A stretch of 64,000 nt of DNA, from NCBI GenBank assembly GCA_034780895.1, contig JAUZTB010000027.1, forward strand, positions 22,076,249 to 22,140,248, read 5' to 3'. The notes beneath the pieces were generated by a model that was not told the origin of the DNA, made no database searches, and was given only the letters and a program-made list of their open reading frames with translations. The position numbers and the translations under genes are program-made. This DNA is from Rhynchobatus australiae (Eukaryota). How positions within the stretch are numbered: position 1 is the first letter of the stretch; every line of letters starts with the position of its first letter. Of this stretch, positions 13,801 through 26,848 are shown one piece after another.

Positions 13801-14928
13801 TCCAGGGGGAATTTCTGGAGAAATTCCTGGTCTGATCCTATGAATAACTTCTCCATCAGCTTCCTGATGTGTGCCCTAACTTGCCCTAAAGCTCTGCAGC
13901 TTTACCAGTGCTCAAATGACATGTAGAGTTTTATTTTTGTCAACTGGTCCAGTAGCAGTTCTTAATTAGGTGGTCCCTAGCTCTCCTTCCAACCTAATTC
14001 TAAACTTGTTGCGTTGAGTACAAAGTGTTAAGTTTTCAGGACTAAGACGTTGTTGGAGTGAGGAGGGGTGGCAGCTGGAGGTGGTCTGTACCTTAAAGTA
14101 ATATTGTTCAGACTTCTCAATAGCTTAAGCTGACAGTGCTTCTTGTGGTCAGAGTTGATTCATGACAAGTATGTATAGGGTGTGCAAAGGGGTCAACATT
14201 ACATTGTTTTCATAATTAAAGTGTAATTTTAATTTCTAAATCAATGGATATGAGGTGTTTTCAGGATAAGATCCTGGCATGCTCTTCCATCTCCAGAACA
14301 AATAAAAGTTAAAAATGATCATCAGCAGTTTTTGCTGTCATGCACCCTAAATCACAAGTCAAAATTCCTTTCACTTCAAATTTGTTGTCCAGTAGCAATA
14401 GGAACAGAAACTAGGCTGTTGGCAAATTCTAGCATTTGTCTTACCAAATGTAATTTTAGAATATCTGCACCCAGCATTTGTAGATAAAGAAAAAAAATCA
14501 TGTTTCACATGAGTGTTCTTCTGAAGTGAATTGGGGTGTCAGTCACCCTCAAAAAAAAGTTGTGCTCCACTAGGGAGAAGAGACCTTGTCTTGTATTAAA
14601 CTTGTATTGGAATTTTCCAAAAAATCTTCAGTCAGTTTTAGATTATCAATCTCTAGCTTGCTTCCCACAATCATCTTGCTAGTTGATCTGGATCTGTGTT
14701 GGGATGAAATCATTTATCTTCTTTCTACAGTAATATGTAGAAGTATGGTAAATTTAGAGAGGAACTTGATGAGTTTCTGACAGTATTTCAGCTGTAGTGT
14801 TGATCTTTGCTGTTTAGCGTGTTTAAAAGGTCATAAAATTAGGAGGGAATAGTTCCATGTCCATTTAAAGGATTGGACATGCTGAATCATTGTGGTTATG
14901 CTTGTTTTCTTTACCTTGAGATGCTCAG
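10860..14928 (+). other. U12-type (minor spliceosome) GT-AG intron, CYBA intron 2
   Basis: 5' splice site GTATCCTTT is the U12 consensus. A CCTTGA branch-like motif sits about 10 nt before the 3' CAG with no polypyrimidine tract between them. Confidence 0.85.
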
Positions 14929-15003
14929 TGCTGCAGGAGTTTTCGTAATGTTACTGGAATATCCCAGAGGGAAGAGGAGGAAGGGCACAACCATGGAGAG
15001 ACC
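14929..15003 (+). CDS. CYBA: CYBA exon 3
   Basis: ctcag|...|gtaag; encodes AAGVFVMLLEYPRGKRRKGTTMER; 75 bp. Confidence 0.97.
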
Positions 15004-15217
15004 GTAAGTAAACTATAAATAGAGAAGTTACACCACATTTAAGAGTGACTAGATAAGTATCAGTACATTAATTACTCAAATGAAAATAGTTTGCATGATG
15101 CAATGAATGATGGTACTGTGGAGGAAGGGTGATTTGAAATAATTATGAGAATGAATAGGGTTTGTTTTGTTTTAAATGAGCATATTCTATCTGCTAATAA
15201 TTTTTGTTTGCATTTAG

Positions 15218-15301
15218 GGGTCAGCGTTTTCTGGCAGCTGTTGTCAGTTTGTTTGGACCTTTGACCCGGAATTACTACATCCGTGCTATTCTCCATGCAT
15301 G
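15218..15301 (+). CDS. CYBA: CYBA exon 4
   Basis: tttag|...|gtaaa; encodes [27 protein letters not shown]; 84 bp. Confidence 0.97.
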
Positions 15302-15399
15302 GTAAAAATTCATGAACTTTCTTTCTATCCCTTGAATTTTCTTTATCTGGGTGGCTGTGATAACTACTTAAGATAATCACAGATGTAGTTTTATGACAT

Positions 15400-16995
15400 T
15401 GTGTGTGTGTTGACATGAGGAAAGAAGATGTGCTGGAACTTTTGAAAAACATTAGGATAGATAAGTCACCGGGTCCAGACAGGATATATCCAAGGTTATT
15501 ACAGGAAGCAAGGGAAGAGATTGCTGCGCCTATGGCAATGATCTTTGCATTCTCATTATCCACAGGAGTAGTGCCAGACGATTGGAGGGTGGCAAATGTT
15601 GTTCCTTTGTTTAAGAAAAGGAGTAGGGATACCCTGGGAATTACAGGCCAGTGAGTCTTACTTCATTGGTGGGCAAATTACTGGAGAAAATTCTTAGAAA
15701 CAGGATTTATGGGTATCTGGAGAAGCATAGGCTAAGGGACAGTCAGCATGGCTTTGTGAGGGGCAAGACGTGCCTCATGAGCCCGATTGAATTCTTTGAG
15801 GATGTGACAAAGCACATTGATGAAGGTAGAACCATGGATGTGGTGGATATGGATTTTAGTAAGGTGTTTGATAAGGTTCTTCATGGATACCACATTCAGA
15901 AAGTCAGGAGGCATGGGATCCGGGGAAACTTGGCTCTGTGGATTCAGAATTGGCTCACTCATAGAAGACAGAGGGTGGCGGCAGATGGAGTGTATTCTGC
16001 CTGGAGGTTGGTGACCAGTGATGTTCCACAGGGATCTGTTCTGGGGCCCCCGCTCTTTCTGATTTTTATAAATGACTTGGATGAGGATGTGGAAGGGTGG
16101 GTTAGTAAGTTTGCTGATGATACAAAGGTAGGTGGTGGTGTGGATCGTGTGGAAGGTTGCTGTAGATTACAACAGGATATTGATAGAATGCAGAGCTGGG
16201 CTGAGAAGTGGCAGATGGGGTTCAACCCGGAAAAGTTTGAAGTGATACACTTCGGGAGATCGAACTTGAAGGCAGGATACGAGGTTAATGGCAGGACTCT
16301 TAGCAGTGTGGAGGAACAGAGGGATCTTGGGGCCCACGTCCACCAATCCCTCAAGGTTGCCGTGAGGTCGATAGGGTTGTTAGGAAGGCATATGGTATGT
16401 TGGCCTTCATTAGTCAGGGTATTGAGTTCAAGAGCTGCAAGGTGATGTTGCAGCACTATAGAACTCTGGTCAGACCACACTTGGGGTATTGTGTTCAGTT
16501 CTGGTCGCCTCATTATAGAAAGGATGTTGAAGCTTTAGAGAGGGTGCAGAGGAGATTTACCAGGATGCTGCCTGGACTGGAGAGCGTGTCTTATGAGAAT
16601 AGGTTGAGTGAGCTTTTCTCTTTGGAGAGAAGGAGGATGAGAGATGACTCGATAGAGGTGTACAAGATGATAAGAGGCATAGATCGAGTGGACAGTCAGA
16701 GACTTTTTACCAGGGTGAAAATGGCTAACCCGAGGGGCATAATGTTAAGGTGATTGAAGAAAGGTATGGGGGGATGTCAGAGGTAAGTTTTTTACACAGA
16801 GAGTGGTGGGTGTGCGGAATGCACTGCTAGCAGAGGTTGTGGGGCAGATACATTAGGGACATTTAAGAAACTCTTAGATAGACACATGATTGATAGAGAA
16901 ATTGAGGGCTATGTGGGAAGGAAGGGTTAGATAGATCTTAGAGTAGAAAAAAATCGTGGGCCGAAGGGCCTGTACTGTGCTGTAATGTTCTATCT
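15400..16995 (+). mobile_element. CR1 LINE, 5'-truncated, relatively young
   Basis: KSPGPDRIYPRLL, QHGFVRG, VPQGSVLGP, SKFADDTK and LERVQRRFTRM motifs, ending in a CR1 3' end (gggccgaagggcctgtactgtgctgtaatgttcta). Confidence 0.95.
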
Positions 16996-17765
16996 ATGAG
17001 CATACATGTCACTTTTGATTTTGTATGTTCTCATTCACTTTTTTTTTGTTGCTGCCATCTTTCAAAAAATGCCTGGGAGAAGACCACCAAGTGTCAGGGA
17101 CAACTTAATGCCCATGTTTATCAGTACCCATGTTTTAAGTGAAACTAACATTTACCTAAATTCCCTTTTGGAGGACCTGATAATACCTATGATGTATCCA
17201 AAACCACGATAAGATGAGGTGCTTTAAAATTGAGGTTGCACTGTAAATCCTTTTGGATTATTTGTGATATGGAGTCCAGCACAGTGCACTGCTGTAACTG
17301 TAGTCTAACTAGGATTATACACAAATTTAGCATTACGTTGCTTTTGGAAAATAAAATCACCCCCAGTTGCGATCATGCAAGTATCTCCCATTCTCTGTCT
17401 TTAATCTTTTATGATTTTCTAACTAGACTCGATACAAGAATCAAGACACTGAGCACATTGGTTTTAACATAGATTTTAGTAACTTGATATCTGAGCTTTT
17501 TTTTTGCAATTTTCTTTTCTGAGATAGAAATGATGAGTGGATTTGCAATTTTTCATCACTATTCCTTCACTATTCCTTAACTGTGTTGTTTGTTTGTACA
17601 ATGCTCAGTATGTTTAACTTCCTTACCTGTGACCAATGCTAAATTATACAGCTAGTGTTGTTATTTCATAAAATCTTCAGGTATTTAACCAGTTGGTAAT
17701 GTCTGGATTATATTGTGGTTTAGTGGCAGGCTAACACACTCTACTGTTTGTTTAATTCTCTGCAG

Positions 17766-17847
17766 CCTCGCTGTGCCTGGAGGGTTTATATTACCCACGG
17801 TTCTGGGCACTGTAAACCTTGGCATTGCCAGTCTCATTTATCTACTT
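17766..17847 (+). CDS. CYBA: CYBA exon 5
   Basis: tgcag|...|gtaag; encodes LAVPGGFILPTVLGTVNLGIASLIYLL; 82 bp. Confidence 0.96.
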
Positions 17848-18142
17848 GTAAGTCAATTTTCATATTCTTGTAGAATTGTAATTTGAAACATAATCTTGCT
17901 TAATTTCTGTAGCATGTCTGTGATTGTTTTGTGTAATTGTTATTAAGTGTGATTAATTAGTGCAATACTTGATTTTCTTTCATGAAATGAACAAATGGTA
18001 CAGTTCTCAGTCTGGACTCATTATTATTAACTAGTGACTAAGTTGTTTGATTCCGAAGCAGTTGTTAGTTGCATTCACAATTGTCAAACCAATCCAAAGG
18101 CAATTATCTATAAGCAGCTCTGGCCAGGAATGCTGAGATACA

Positions 18143-18290
18143 TATTTTTGAATCCATAACCTGCATTTATAGAAAGATGGACAGCCGTACTAATGCTACA
18201 TTCTCAGTGTGAAATCACAAAGTAACTAATGCTGCTCAATCCTGCACTTCAAATACTTTGATATAATTTGGTGACTGCACTGATGACTTA
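18143..18290. repeat. About 150 bp diverged direct repeat, copy 1 (copy 2 at about 22443-22585)
   Basis: Both copies share tatttttgaatccat...atgctacattctcagtgtgaaatcaca...aatttggtgactg.actgatgactt. Confidence 0.85.
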
Positions 18291-19289
18291 GCAAGTTTGT
18301 CTAATAAGTAAATATACACATCAAGGACCCTTCAAAGATGGTTTTATGCAGCCTACAACTATGTCTCATTGCCAACCTCAAAATACCAAGCAGTAATAGT
18401 TATTACAAACAAAAGGAAGGGAATTTGTTTTAACTGCTTGGTGAAGCCCTATAATTGAGTGGGAGTTGGAGAAGGAGATCTCTGATTTCACTGTTCTTTT
18501 TAAAAAAAAGTCATCTGCATTTTCAAATTAAATAAACATCTGCAGCTTTTGATTTATTTTTTTTAACAAACAGAATTATATAGAAAACAAGCAAGTTCAA
18601 TAGCAGAAGGCTTTATTCTTTCATGAGTGGTGCAACAGAATTAATGAGATTAACTCCTATGAACAGAATCCCTCGATTATAGGCATCAAGATATTTCACA
18701 TTAAATCTTCATATATTTTCATAGTGTGTAACTTGAGGCAAAATTATCTTCTGTTAGTAATATCATACCATTGTATTATACATCCCCAGTAACCTTAAAA
18801 GCAGCTTTTATCTATTGGCTTTGTACTTAAATTTTAAAAATGTATCTTTTGATTAAATGATAGCAATTAATTAGCCAACTGAAAGGTCAGACATTGCCAA
18901 ATGTCAGAGCTGAAAAAAAACCTTTTGTATTACAGGCCAAGTCTTAAAGGGATGTTAAATTCCTTGTTCTGTCTTTGCATCACTCTTGTCTATACACCAA
19001 CAGCAAGGTGTGTTCCTACAGCAGTGTTTAAAATCCACAGATATTCTGCTTGGAATCTGCAGAGTTTATTTTAGTAATCGCAGTTAAACCAGTGGCCGGG
19101 GGAAAGGGAAGGGGAAGTCTAATGATCATGTGACTTGCCTTTCCCAGCCGGCAGTCTGATCCTTGAGAGAGTCATTGTGCTCTGATCATGATGTGAAGCC
19201 TCTCTTGGTGAAGGGCTCATGTTTTCTTGTAATTTCCTATAGAGGTTGCCTGATCCTAGATCTATAATTGGAGAAACGGCTGACTCTTT

Positions 19290-21430
19290 AAAGGACCATA
19301 GAGCAGTACAGCATGGACACAGGCCCTTCAGCCCAACGAGTCTATGCCAAGCACAGTGCCCACCCAGCTAATCCCAATTTCGTGCATTCGGCCCATATCC
19401 CTCTAAGCTCCGCTCCTCCACATAACTATCCAAATGCTGCTTAAATGATACTCTTGTACCTGCCTCAACCACTTCCTCTGGTAGCTTGTTCCATATAATC
19501 ATCACTCACTGCGCGGAAAAAGTTGCCCCTCCAGTCCCTTTTAAATCTTTCCCCTCTCACCCTAAATCTATGCCCCCCCAGTTTTGGACTCCCCTACCCT
19601 GGGGAAAAGACTGACACCATCCACCTTATCTATGCCCCTCATGATTTTATAAACCTCTATAAGATCACTCCTCACTCTCCCTTGCTCCAAGGAATAAAAA
19701 CCTAGTCTGATCAACCTCTCCCTCTAACTCAGGCCATCTAGTCCTGGCAACATCCTCGTAAATGTTTTCTGCACTCTTTCCAGTTTAGTCACGTCCTTCC
19801 TATAATGGGGTGACCAAAACTGTACACAGTACTCCAAATGTGGCCTCACCAATGGTACTTGTACAACTGTAACATAATGTCCCAACTCCCATAGTCAATG
19901 CCCTGACTGACGAAGGTCAGTGTGCTAAATGCCTTTTTCACCACCCTGTCTACCTGTGACATTGCTTTCAACAAACTATGCACTTGTGCTCCTCAGCCCC
20001 TCTGTTCCAGGACACTCCCCAGTGCCCTACCATTCATAGTATAAATCCAGCGCTGGTGTGACTTTCTAAAATGCATCACCTCGCATTGTATTGAAATCCA
20101 TTTGCCACTCCTTGGCTGACTTCCCTAACTGATCAAGGTCCCCCTGTAATCTATGATAACCTTCTTCACTATTAACACCACCTCCTAATTTTGCATCATC
20201 TGCAAACTTACTGATTAAGCCTTGTGCATTTGCATCCAGATCATTTATATAAATAACAAATAACAAGGGTCCCAACACCAAACCCTGAGGCACACCACTA
20301 GTCACCAGCCTCCATTCTGAGAAACAACCTTTAACCACCACCCTCTGCTTCCTACTTTCAAGCCAATTTTGAATCTGCCTAACTAGCTCTCCCTGGGTTC
20401 CATTGGACCTAAACTTCCAGACCAGCCTACCACGCGGGCCTTTGTTGAAAGCCTTGCCAAAGTCCAAATAGGTAACATCCATTGCCTACCCTTATCTTCC
20501 TTTTTGGTTACCTCTTCAAAAAAATTCTAAAAGGTGTATCAAGCACGACTTTCTACACACAAAGCTATGCTGTCTCCTGATCAGATTCTATCTAATCAAC
20601 TGCTGGTAGATCCTGTCCCTCGAATTCCCTCCAGTAACTTCCCCACTACTGATGTCAGGCTGACTGGCCTGTAGTTCCCTGGCTTGTCCTTGCTACCCTT
20701 CTCAAACAATGGAACAGCATTGCTAACCTTCCAGTCTTCAGGAACTTAACCAGTTGCTAACAATGAAGCAAATATCTCCACAAGGGCCTCCACAATTTCT
20801 TCTCCAGCCTCCCACAAAGTCCGAGGATGCACTCAAATCAGGCTGTGGGGAATTATCCACCTTAATGTGCTGTAAGGCTGCATGTATCTCCTCCCTGATA
20901 ATACAAATTTCCTCAAACATCTCTAGTAGTTTCCCTTATTTCTTCAGTAAGCACAGAGGAGAAATATTTGTTAAAATTTCCACCCATCTTCTGCAGCTCG
21001 AGACATCAGTGGCCATGCTGATCTTTAAGGGGACCTACTCTCTTCCTTAGCTATCCTTCTACTCTATATATAGCTCCAGAACCTCTTGGGATTTTCCTTG
21101 ACCTTTCCTGCCAGATCCATCCCATACCCTCTCTTTGCCCTCATGATTTCTCCCTTAAGTGTATTCTTAATCTTTTTATAGTCATCAAGGGATTTGCTTG
21201 TCCACTAACCTAAACCCAATGTATGCTTCCTTTTTCTTGACCAGACCCTCCATATTGCTCATCAGCCAAGGTTTCCCAAATTTGACAGGTTTACCTTTCA
21301 CCTTAACAATAAGATGCTGCTCCTGGACTTTTGATGTCACACTCTTAAAAGCCTCCCACTTGCTATTCATTCCTTTCCCTTCAAACAGGCTCACCCAATT
21401 GACCTCTGCTAGATCCTGCCTAATTCCACC
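19290..21430 (-). mobile_element. CR1 LINE fragment
   Basis: Minus-strand ORFs give YLDFGKAF, SGVPQGLVLGP, SKFADDAKLGG and KPWL. CR1 3' end near 19300. Confidence 0.93.
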
Positions 21431-22442
21431 NNNNNNNNNNNNNNNNNNNNNNNNNNNNNNNNNNNNNNNNNNNNNNNNNNNNNNNNNNNNNNNNNNNNNN
21501 NNNNNNNNNNNNNNNNNNNNNNNNNNNNNNNNNNNNNNNNNNNNNNNNNNNNNNNNNNNNNNNNNNNNNNNNNNNNNNNNNNNNNNNNNNNNNNNNNNNN
21601 NNNNNNNNNNNNNNNNNNNNNNNNNNNNNNNNNNNNNNNNNNNNNNNNNNNNNNNNNNNNNNNNNNNNNNNNNNNNNNNNNNNNNNNNNNNNNNNNNNNN
21701 NNNNNNNNNNNNNNNNNNNNNNNNNNNNNNNNNNNNNNNNNNNNNNNNNNNNNNNNNNNNNNNNNNNNNNNNNNNNNNNNNNNNNNNNNNNNNNNNNNNN
21801 NNNNNNNNNNNNNNNNNNNNNNNNNNNNNNNNNNNNNNNNNNNNNNNNNNNNNNNNNNNNNNNNNNNNNNNNNNNNNNNNNNNNNNNNNNNNNNNNNNNN
21901 NNNNNNNNNNNNNNNNNNNNNNNNNNNNNNNNNNNNNNNNNNNNNNNNNNNNNNNNNNNNNNNNNNNNNNNNNNNNNNNNNNNNNNNNNNNNNNNNNNNN
22001 NNNNNNNNNNNNNNNNNNNNNNNNNNNNNNNNNNNNNNNNNNNNNNNNNNNNNNNNNNNNNNNNNNNNNNNNNNNNNNNNNNNNNNNNNNNNNNNNNNNN
22101 NNNNNNNNNNNNNNNNNNNNNNNNNNNNNNNNNNNNNNNNNNNNNNNNNNNNNNNNNNNNNNNNNNNNNNNNNNNNNNNNNNNNNNNNNNNNNNNNNNNN
22201 NNNNNNNNNNNNNNNNNNNNNNNNNNACGATTGATGAAAAATAAGGATGTCACGGCCTTGAACCATTTTGGTCCAGTATCCACACTTCTCACAGGGAAAG
22301 AATTCTATATTTTCAATGTGTCTTCTGCAGAGATCTTTTCAATTGCACTGTCGAATGATGTTCTGTTTTTTTTCAAGATTCTGCAACTACATTTGAATAT
22401 CCCCACCAGGTGAAATAGTTTCTCCAGATTTGGTTGAATATT

Positions 22443-22585
22443 TATTTTTGAATCCATCGCCTGCATTTATAGCAAGATGGAGCAACAGTACTCATGCTAC
22501 ATTCTCAGTGTGAAATCACAGAGTAGCTAATGCTGTTCAATCCTGCACTTCAGATATTTAATTTGGTGACTGTACTGATGACTTT
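22443..22585. repeat. About 150 bp diverged direct repeat, copy 2
   Basis: Aligns by eye with 18143-18290. Confidence 0.85.
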
Positions 22586-22989
22586 GAAATACTTAAGCAC
22601 TTAAACTGAAGAGAAATATCAGCCAAGTTTATGAGCATCAGATTCCTAGGAATTCCCAGTATTAATTGTTCTATAATAAGCAGCTATTTCTTCTTCTGGC
22701 AAGTCCCTAAACCCTAGTTTTTTCTTCATTTAGGCTATCTGCCTCCTTGATCTTTCTTTTTAATGCACTCCATAAAACCATATTCCTTTGACCAAGCCTT
22801 GGTCCCTCGTTCTAATATCTCATTGTGTGGTTTCAAACAAAATCTGACAATGCTTCTCTGAAGTCCTTTGAGGCATTTTATTAATTTTAAAGGTTCTCTA
22901 TTAGTAGAGGGCTTTGTTGTAATAATGCAAATGTAATTTTTATTTTGCCAAATATTGATGCTTTGATTCTATTATGGAGGAGACATCAT

Positions 22990-23386
22990 CAAGGAAAGTG
23001 AGCCATTCAGTGCCTGATGGAAGGAGCACAGTGGAAAAACTCCTCTGCCGAGGCCCTGCCTATGACTTGAGTGTCCTTGAACCATCCCACAGCCTTCTGC
23101 TACAATCTCAGCACTGCCTCAGCTTGGCAAGAAATTGAAAAAGCCATCAAACAGTTGAAGTGCAAGTGCGTATGTGGAGCAGACTAATCCCTACTGAAGC
23201 AATGTGGCAGTGGCATAGGTCTGGCACAAATTGATGACTTCACCTCCCTCTTCTGGGAAGGGGAGAGTGTGCCAGGTGGTCTCAGAGATGCGATAAATGT
23301 AAACATCTTCAAGACAGGAAATAACTGGTAATTACAGGGGGATCTCCCTGCTATCTGCCACAAGGAAAGTTATCACAAGTATACTC
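22990..23386 (+). mobile_element. RTE-type LINE fragment, left part; it resumes at 27121 after the Gypsy insertion
   Basis: EIEKAIKQLK...G.D.IP.E, P..LRDA...IFK and GNYRGISLLS..GK are RTE RT motifs. Confidence 0.75.
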
Positions 23387-23741
23387 TGTTACGTATGCAC
23401 GGAGCAAGAACCACAATGGTGCGTTAGAATAAATGTCTTTACTGATTCATATTAATCAAAATACAGAAACTGAGCAATTTATAATTGTAGTTCCATGAGA
23501 CGATCTGCAAGTCCTAAAAGTGCTGGAGTGTCCAAAGTCCCATGCCAAAATGTTAGGTAGTGGGCGTTGTCGCTCTGCTGAGCGATTGACCGGCCAGTGC
23601 ACGCGTGCATGTAGGCGTGTGCATGTATACTGCCACATTCATGCCATCAATCTGCAGCACGATCAACCAACCAGCATGCGCATGTGCACAGGTGTGCACA
23701 TTACCACATTTGCTGCGTTCTCCATATGGTTCATCCAAACA
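23387..23741 (-). repeat. 3' LTR of the Gypsy element
   Basis: TG...CA termini; a polypurine tract (GGGGGAGGGA on the minus strand) adjoins it at about 23742-23758. Confidence 0.75.
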
Positions 23742-26700
23742 GTTTATCCCTCCCCCACTTCGAATGGGCATCCACAATAACCAGAAACATGTCCAAAATA
23801 GTCAATATGAATGCACTTTCACGGAGAATTGGGCCAGGCCCATGGTTTAAGGGGGGCCTTGCTGATGCTTTTATGTCTTCTGACAAGTAGAGCAGATTCA
23901 CACTATATCCTCAATATCAGTGTCAATTTTCAACCACCACACATAGCTTCTTGGAAGTGCCTTCATTCTGCTCACCCCAGGGTGAGCATCGTGCAGATTG
24001 TGGAGTATGCGCTTACGGCCTTGAGGGGGAACCACTACTCGACTGCCCCATGATATGCATCCATCTTATAGGCCCAGTTCATATTGGTGATTTCTAAATG
24101 GTTGAAATTCAGGTGAAGGGCTAACTAACCTGTAGAGCTCTTTTTACTTGTGATAGGAGCGGATCACTGGCTGTCCGCTGCTTAATGAGGTGACTTTTCA
24201 TTGTTGTTTCATCTAGGCTTTGTAACAGGTGAACAACCTCAAATGGAGGGATGCTGGATGCTGTGCCCTCAACAATTGGTAGTCTGCTTAAGGCGTCAGC
24301 AACAACACTTTCGTTTCTGGGGGTATACTTCATTGTGTAGGAGTAAGCGGATAAGGTCATTGTTGCATTCTCAGTGATGTTTGTTGGATACCTTGTGACT
24401 TCCCCCATTAAGCCTTGTGATCTGTGTGGATTTTGAGATGCCGCCCAAATATGTATAGGTGAGAGCGCTTGATGCCAAACGTAATAGTTGGAGCTTCTCA
24501 GTCACGCTGTGAATAATTCATTTCCCCTGGACATTGTCCTTGAAGCAAAAGCAATGGGCATCTCTTTTCCACAAGGCATTCGATGTAGGAGGGAGGCCCT
24601 GACCCCATATGTTGAGGCGTCACATTTCATGTCTGTTGGCTTTTCAAGATCATAATGCACCAACATGGACGGAGAACTGAGGACAGTTTTTATTTGTTGC
24701 TCAATTCTTGACCATTCCCTGTGTTGGTCCTTCTGGAGTAGTCAGTATAAGGGCTTTAACACTGTAGCTGATTGATTTAAAAACCAGTTGTAATGTGTGA
24801 CTAGTCCCAGGAATGAGCGTAACTGTGTCACATTTCGTGGACATGGAGCCTCTTTTAAGGCTTTAATTTTGTGCTCCTGCGGATGGAGACCTGCTGCGAT
24901 GACTTTGAAGCCCAGGTAGTTGACTGAGTTGGCCAAAAAGGTGCATTTCTCCTTGAGAGTAAAGCTGGCTTCCTCTAAACAGGAAAGTATGCGGTCCAGT
25001 GTCTCAAGATGATGGGACTCTGATGTACTGGCTACTAAAATATCATCAAGGTAAGCACAGATGTGAGGAATATCCTTCACTAAATTATCAATAAGACATT
25101 GGAATATCCCAGGTGCAGAACTCACTCCAAATGGTGGTCGCTCGTACCGAAACAGGCCTCTGTGTGTATTGATTGTCGTAACATCCTGAGAGTCTTTGTC
25201 CAGCATGACCTGACTGGAGGTGTGTTTCAGGTCTAGCATTGAGAACTATTGGCCTCCCGACAGGGATGCATACAAGGCCTCGATCCGTGGCAGTGGATAC
25301 GCATTCAGTCTTGTTGTGGGGTTTGTAGTTGCTGCAGATGCGGACTGATCCATCGGACTTGAGGACAGGTACAATTGGAGCTGCCCGCTCTGAATGCTGC
25401 ACCGCCTCTATCACATCCACTGTGTGTAGGCGGTCTAGTTCTTCTTCTACCTTTGGGCCCACAGCATACGGCACTGGCTGGGCCTTGTAAAACCTCAGCT
25501 GGCAGTTCTCCTTAAATTGAAGTTAGTCACCAGACCACAGTACTGACCCGAAACCTCGGCTTGGAATACACGCTGTGCTTTTGTAGTAGATTATTCAATG
25601 CAGGGCTTCCCCCGATGCGATTGATGTAGGATAGCACTAACGGAATGCTTTTAATCCAGTTTCTGCCCAGCAAATTAGGCGGTTGGCCTCCTCTGACAAC
25701 GTGCACCGGTAAGTGGAACAGGTCTCTGTGCTGGACCACTTCTGCCGTGAATACGCCCCGTATGTCAACGCTCCCTCCGGGGTAGCTGTGAAACACTGAG
25801 CTTGGAGGTTGTAGTTTTGGAATCTGGCGTAAAGGTGATTCATGTACCATGGTGATGGCTGACCCGTATCCAGCTCAAATTTCACGGGCTGGTTGTCCAC
25901 TGTAAATGTAACCAAGTACAGAGGCTGGTTCTGATTGCCCAGTTCATGGGTTTTGAAGATAGTGTCCACTTCTTCACAGTGGCCGTCTCCTTGCGTGGAG
26001 TTGATGGATGAATTCTGTCACTTTCCCATGGCACGTTGCTTTGTGAAGCACACCTTCCTGAGGTGCTGTACCTTTGCACAGAACCAGCAGATGGTCTTTT
26101 GATATTTGCAGTCAGACCACTGAACTTACACTACAGCGATGGCATCTCTGTGAAGGCTGATGTGATTTGACTGGAAGCTGCGGGTCTGCAAACACTGGGA
26201 AACATTGACGTTTTCAGGAGGGGCTCTCACTCCAGTACTGCCTCAGTAAGTGGTGTTGGGATTGGGTGAATCTGTTTCAGGCTTCTCTTTACTGCCTCCC
26301 TGTGATGAGCTGTGGGATACGCTTTGTCCCAGGACAACTCGTGCTTTTCAGACAGGAGGTTCTTGCGTGTCTTCTCATCATAGACTCCAATACATCAAAG
26401 CATGGATAAGCATCACTACTTTGAATTTGTTCGGTTGGATGTCTTTGTATTTGCTTTCTGCACAGCCAGAGTTAATCCGGTGATGAAATCACCTGTGTTC
26501 TCATCGAGGGTCTGTCACAGCTACGGGAACCTGAAGCATGCCATAAAGACATTATCCTGCATCCCCCAAACATTGTCTAAAGCCTCAAATGCACTGAATT
26601 CAGCTTTGTTCTTTAAGTGCAGAATATCGAAGCATTTATGCCCGAGTTCTCCCAAGTGCATGCGAAGTAGCTGGAGTTTGGTAGCTTCCTCCAGCTCCAC

Positions 26701-26848
26701 TGTTGGTGTTAAAACTGTTAGAAGTTTGACGTAGTCTTGGAAGGTTTTCTTCCATTGTAGCCAGGTGTTGGTTCTTTCACAGTGGCGGCCCAAGATGGAT
26801 TGGGTGTTTGAAGTAGAGGCCATTCTTGTTTTGATCCTTGTCGCCAAT

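Noticed and set aside
22570-22600. CTGATGA-cttt-GAAA as another hammerhead
   Set aside because: No stem II and no convincing flanking stems; the paralogous copy lacks GAAA.
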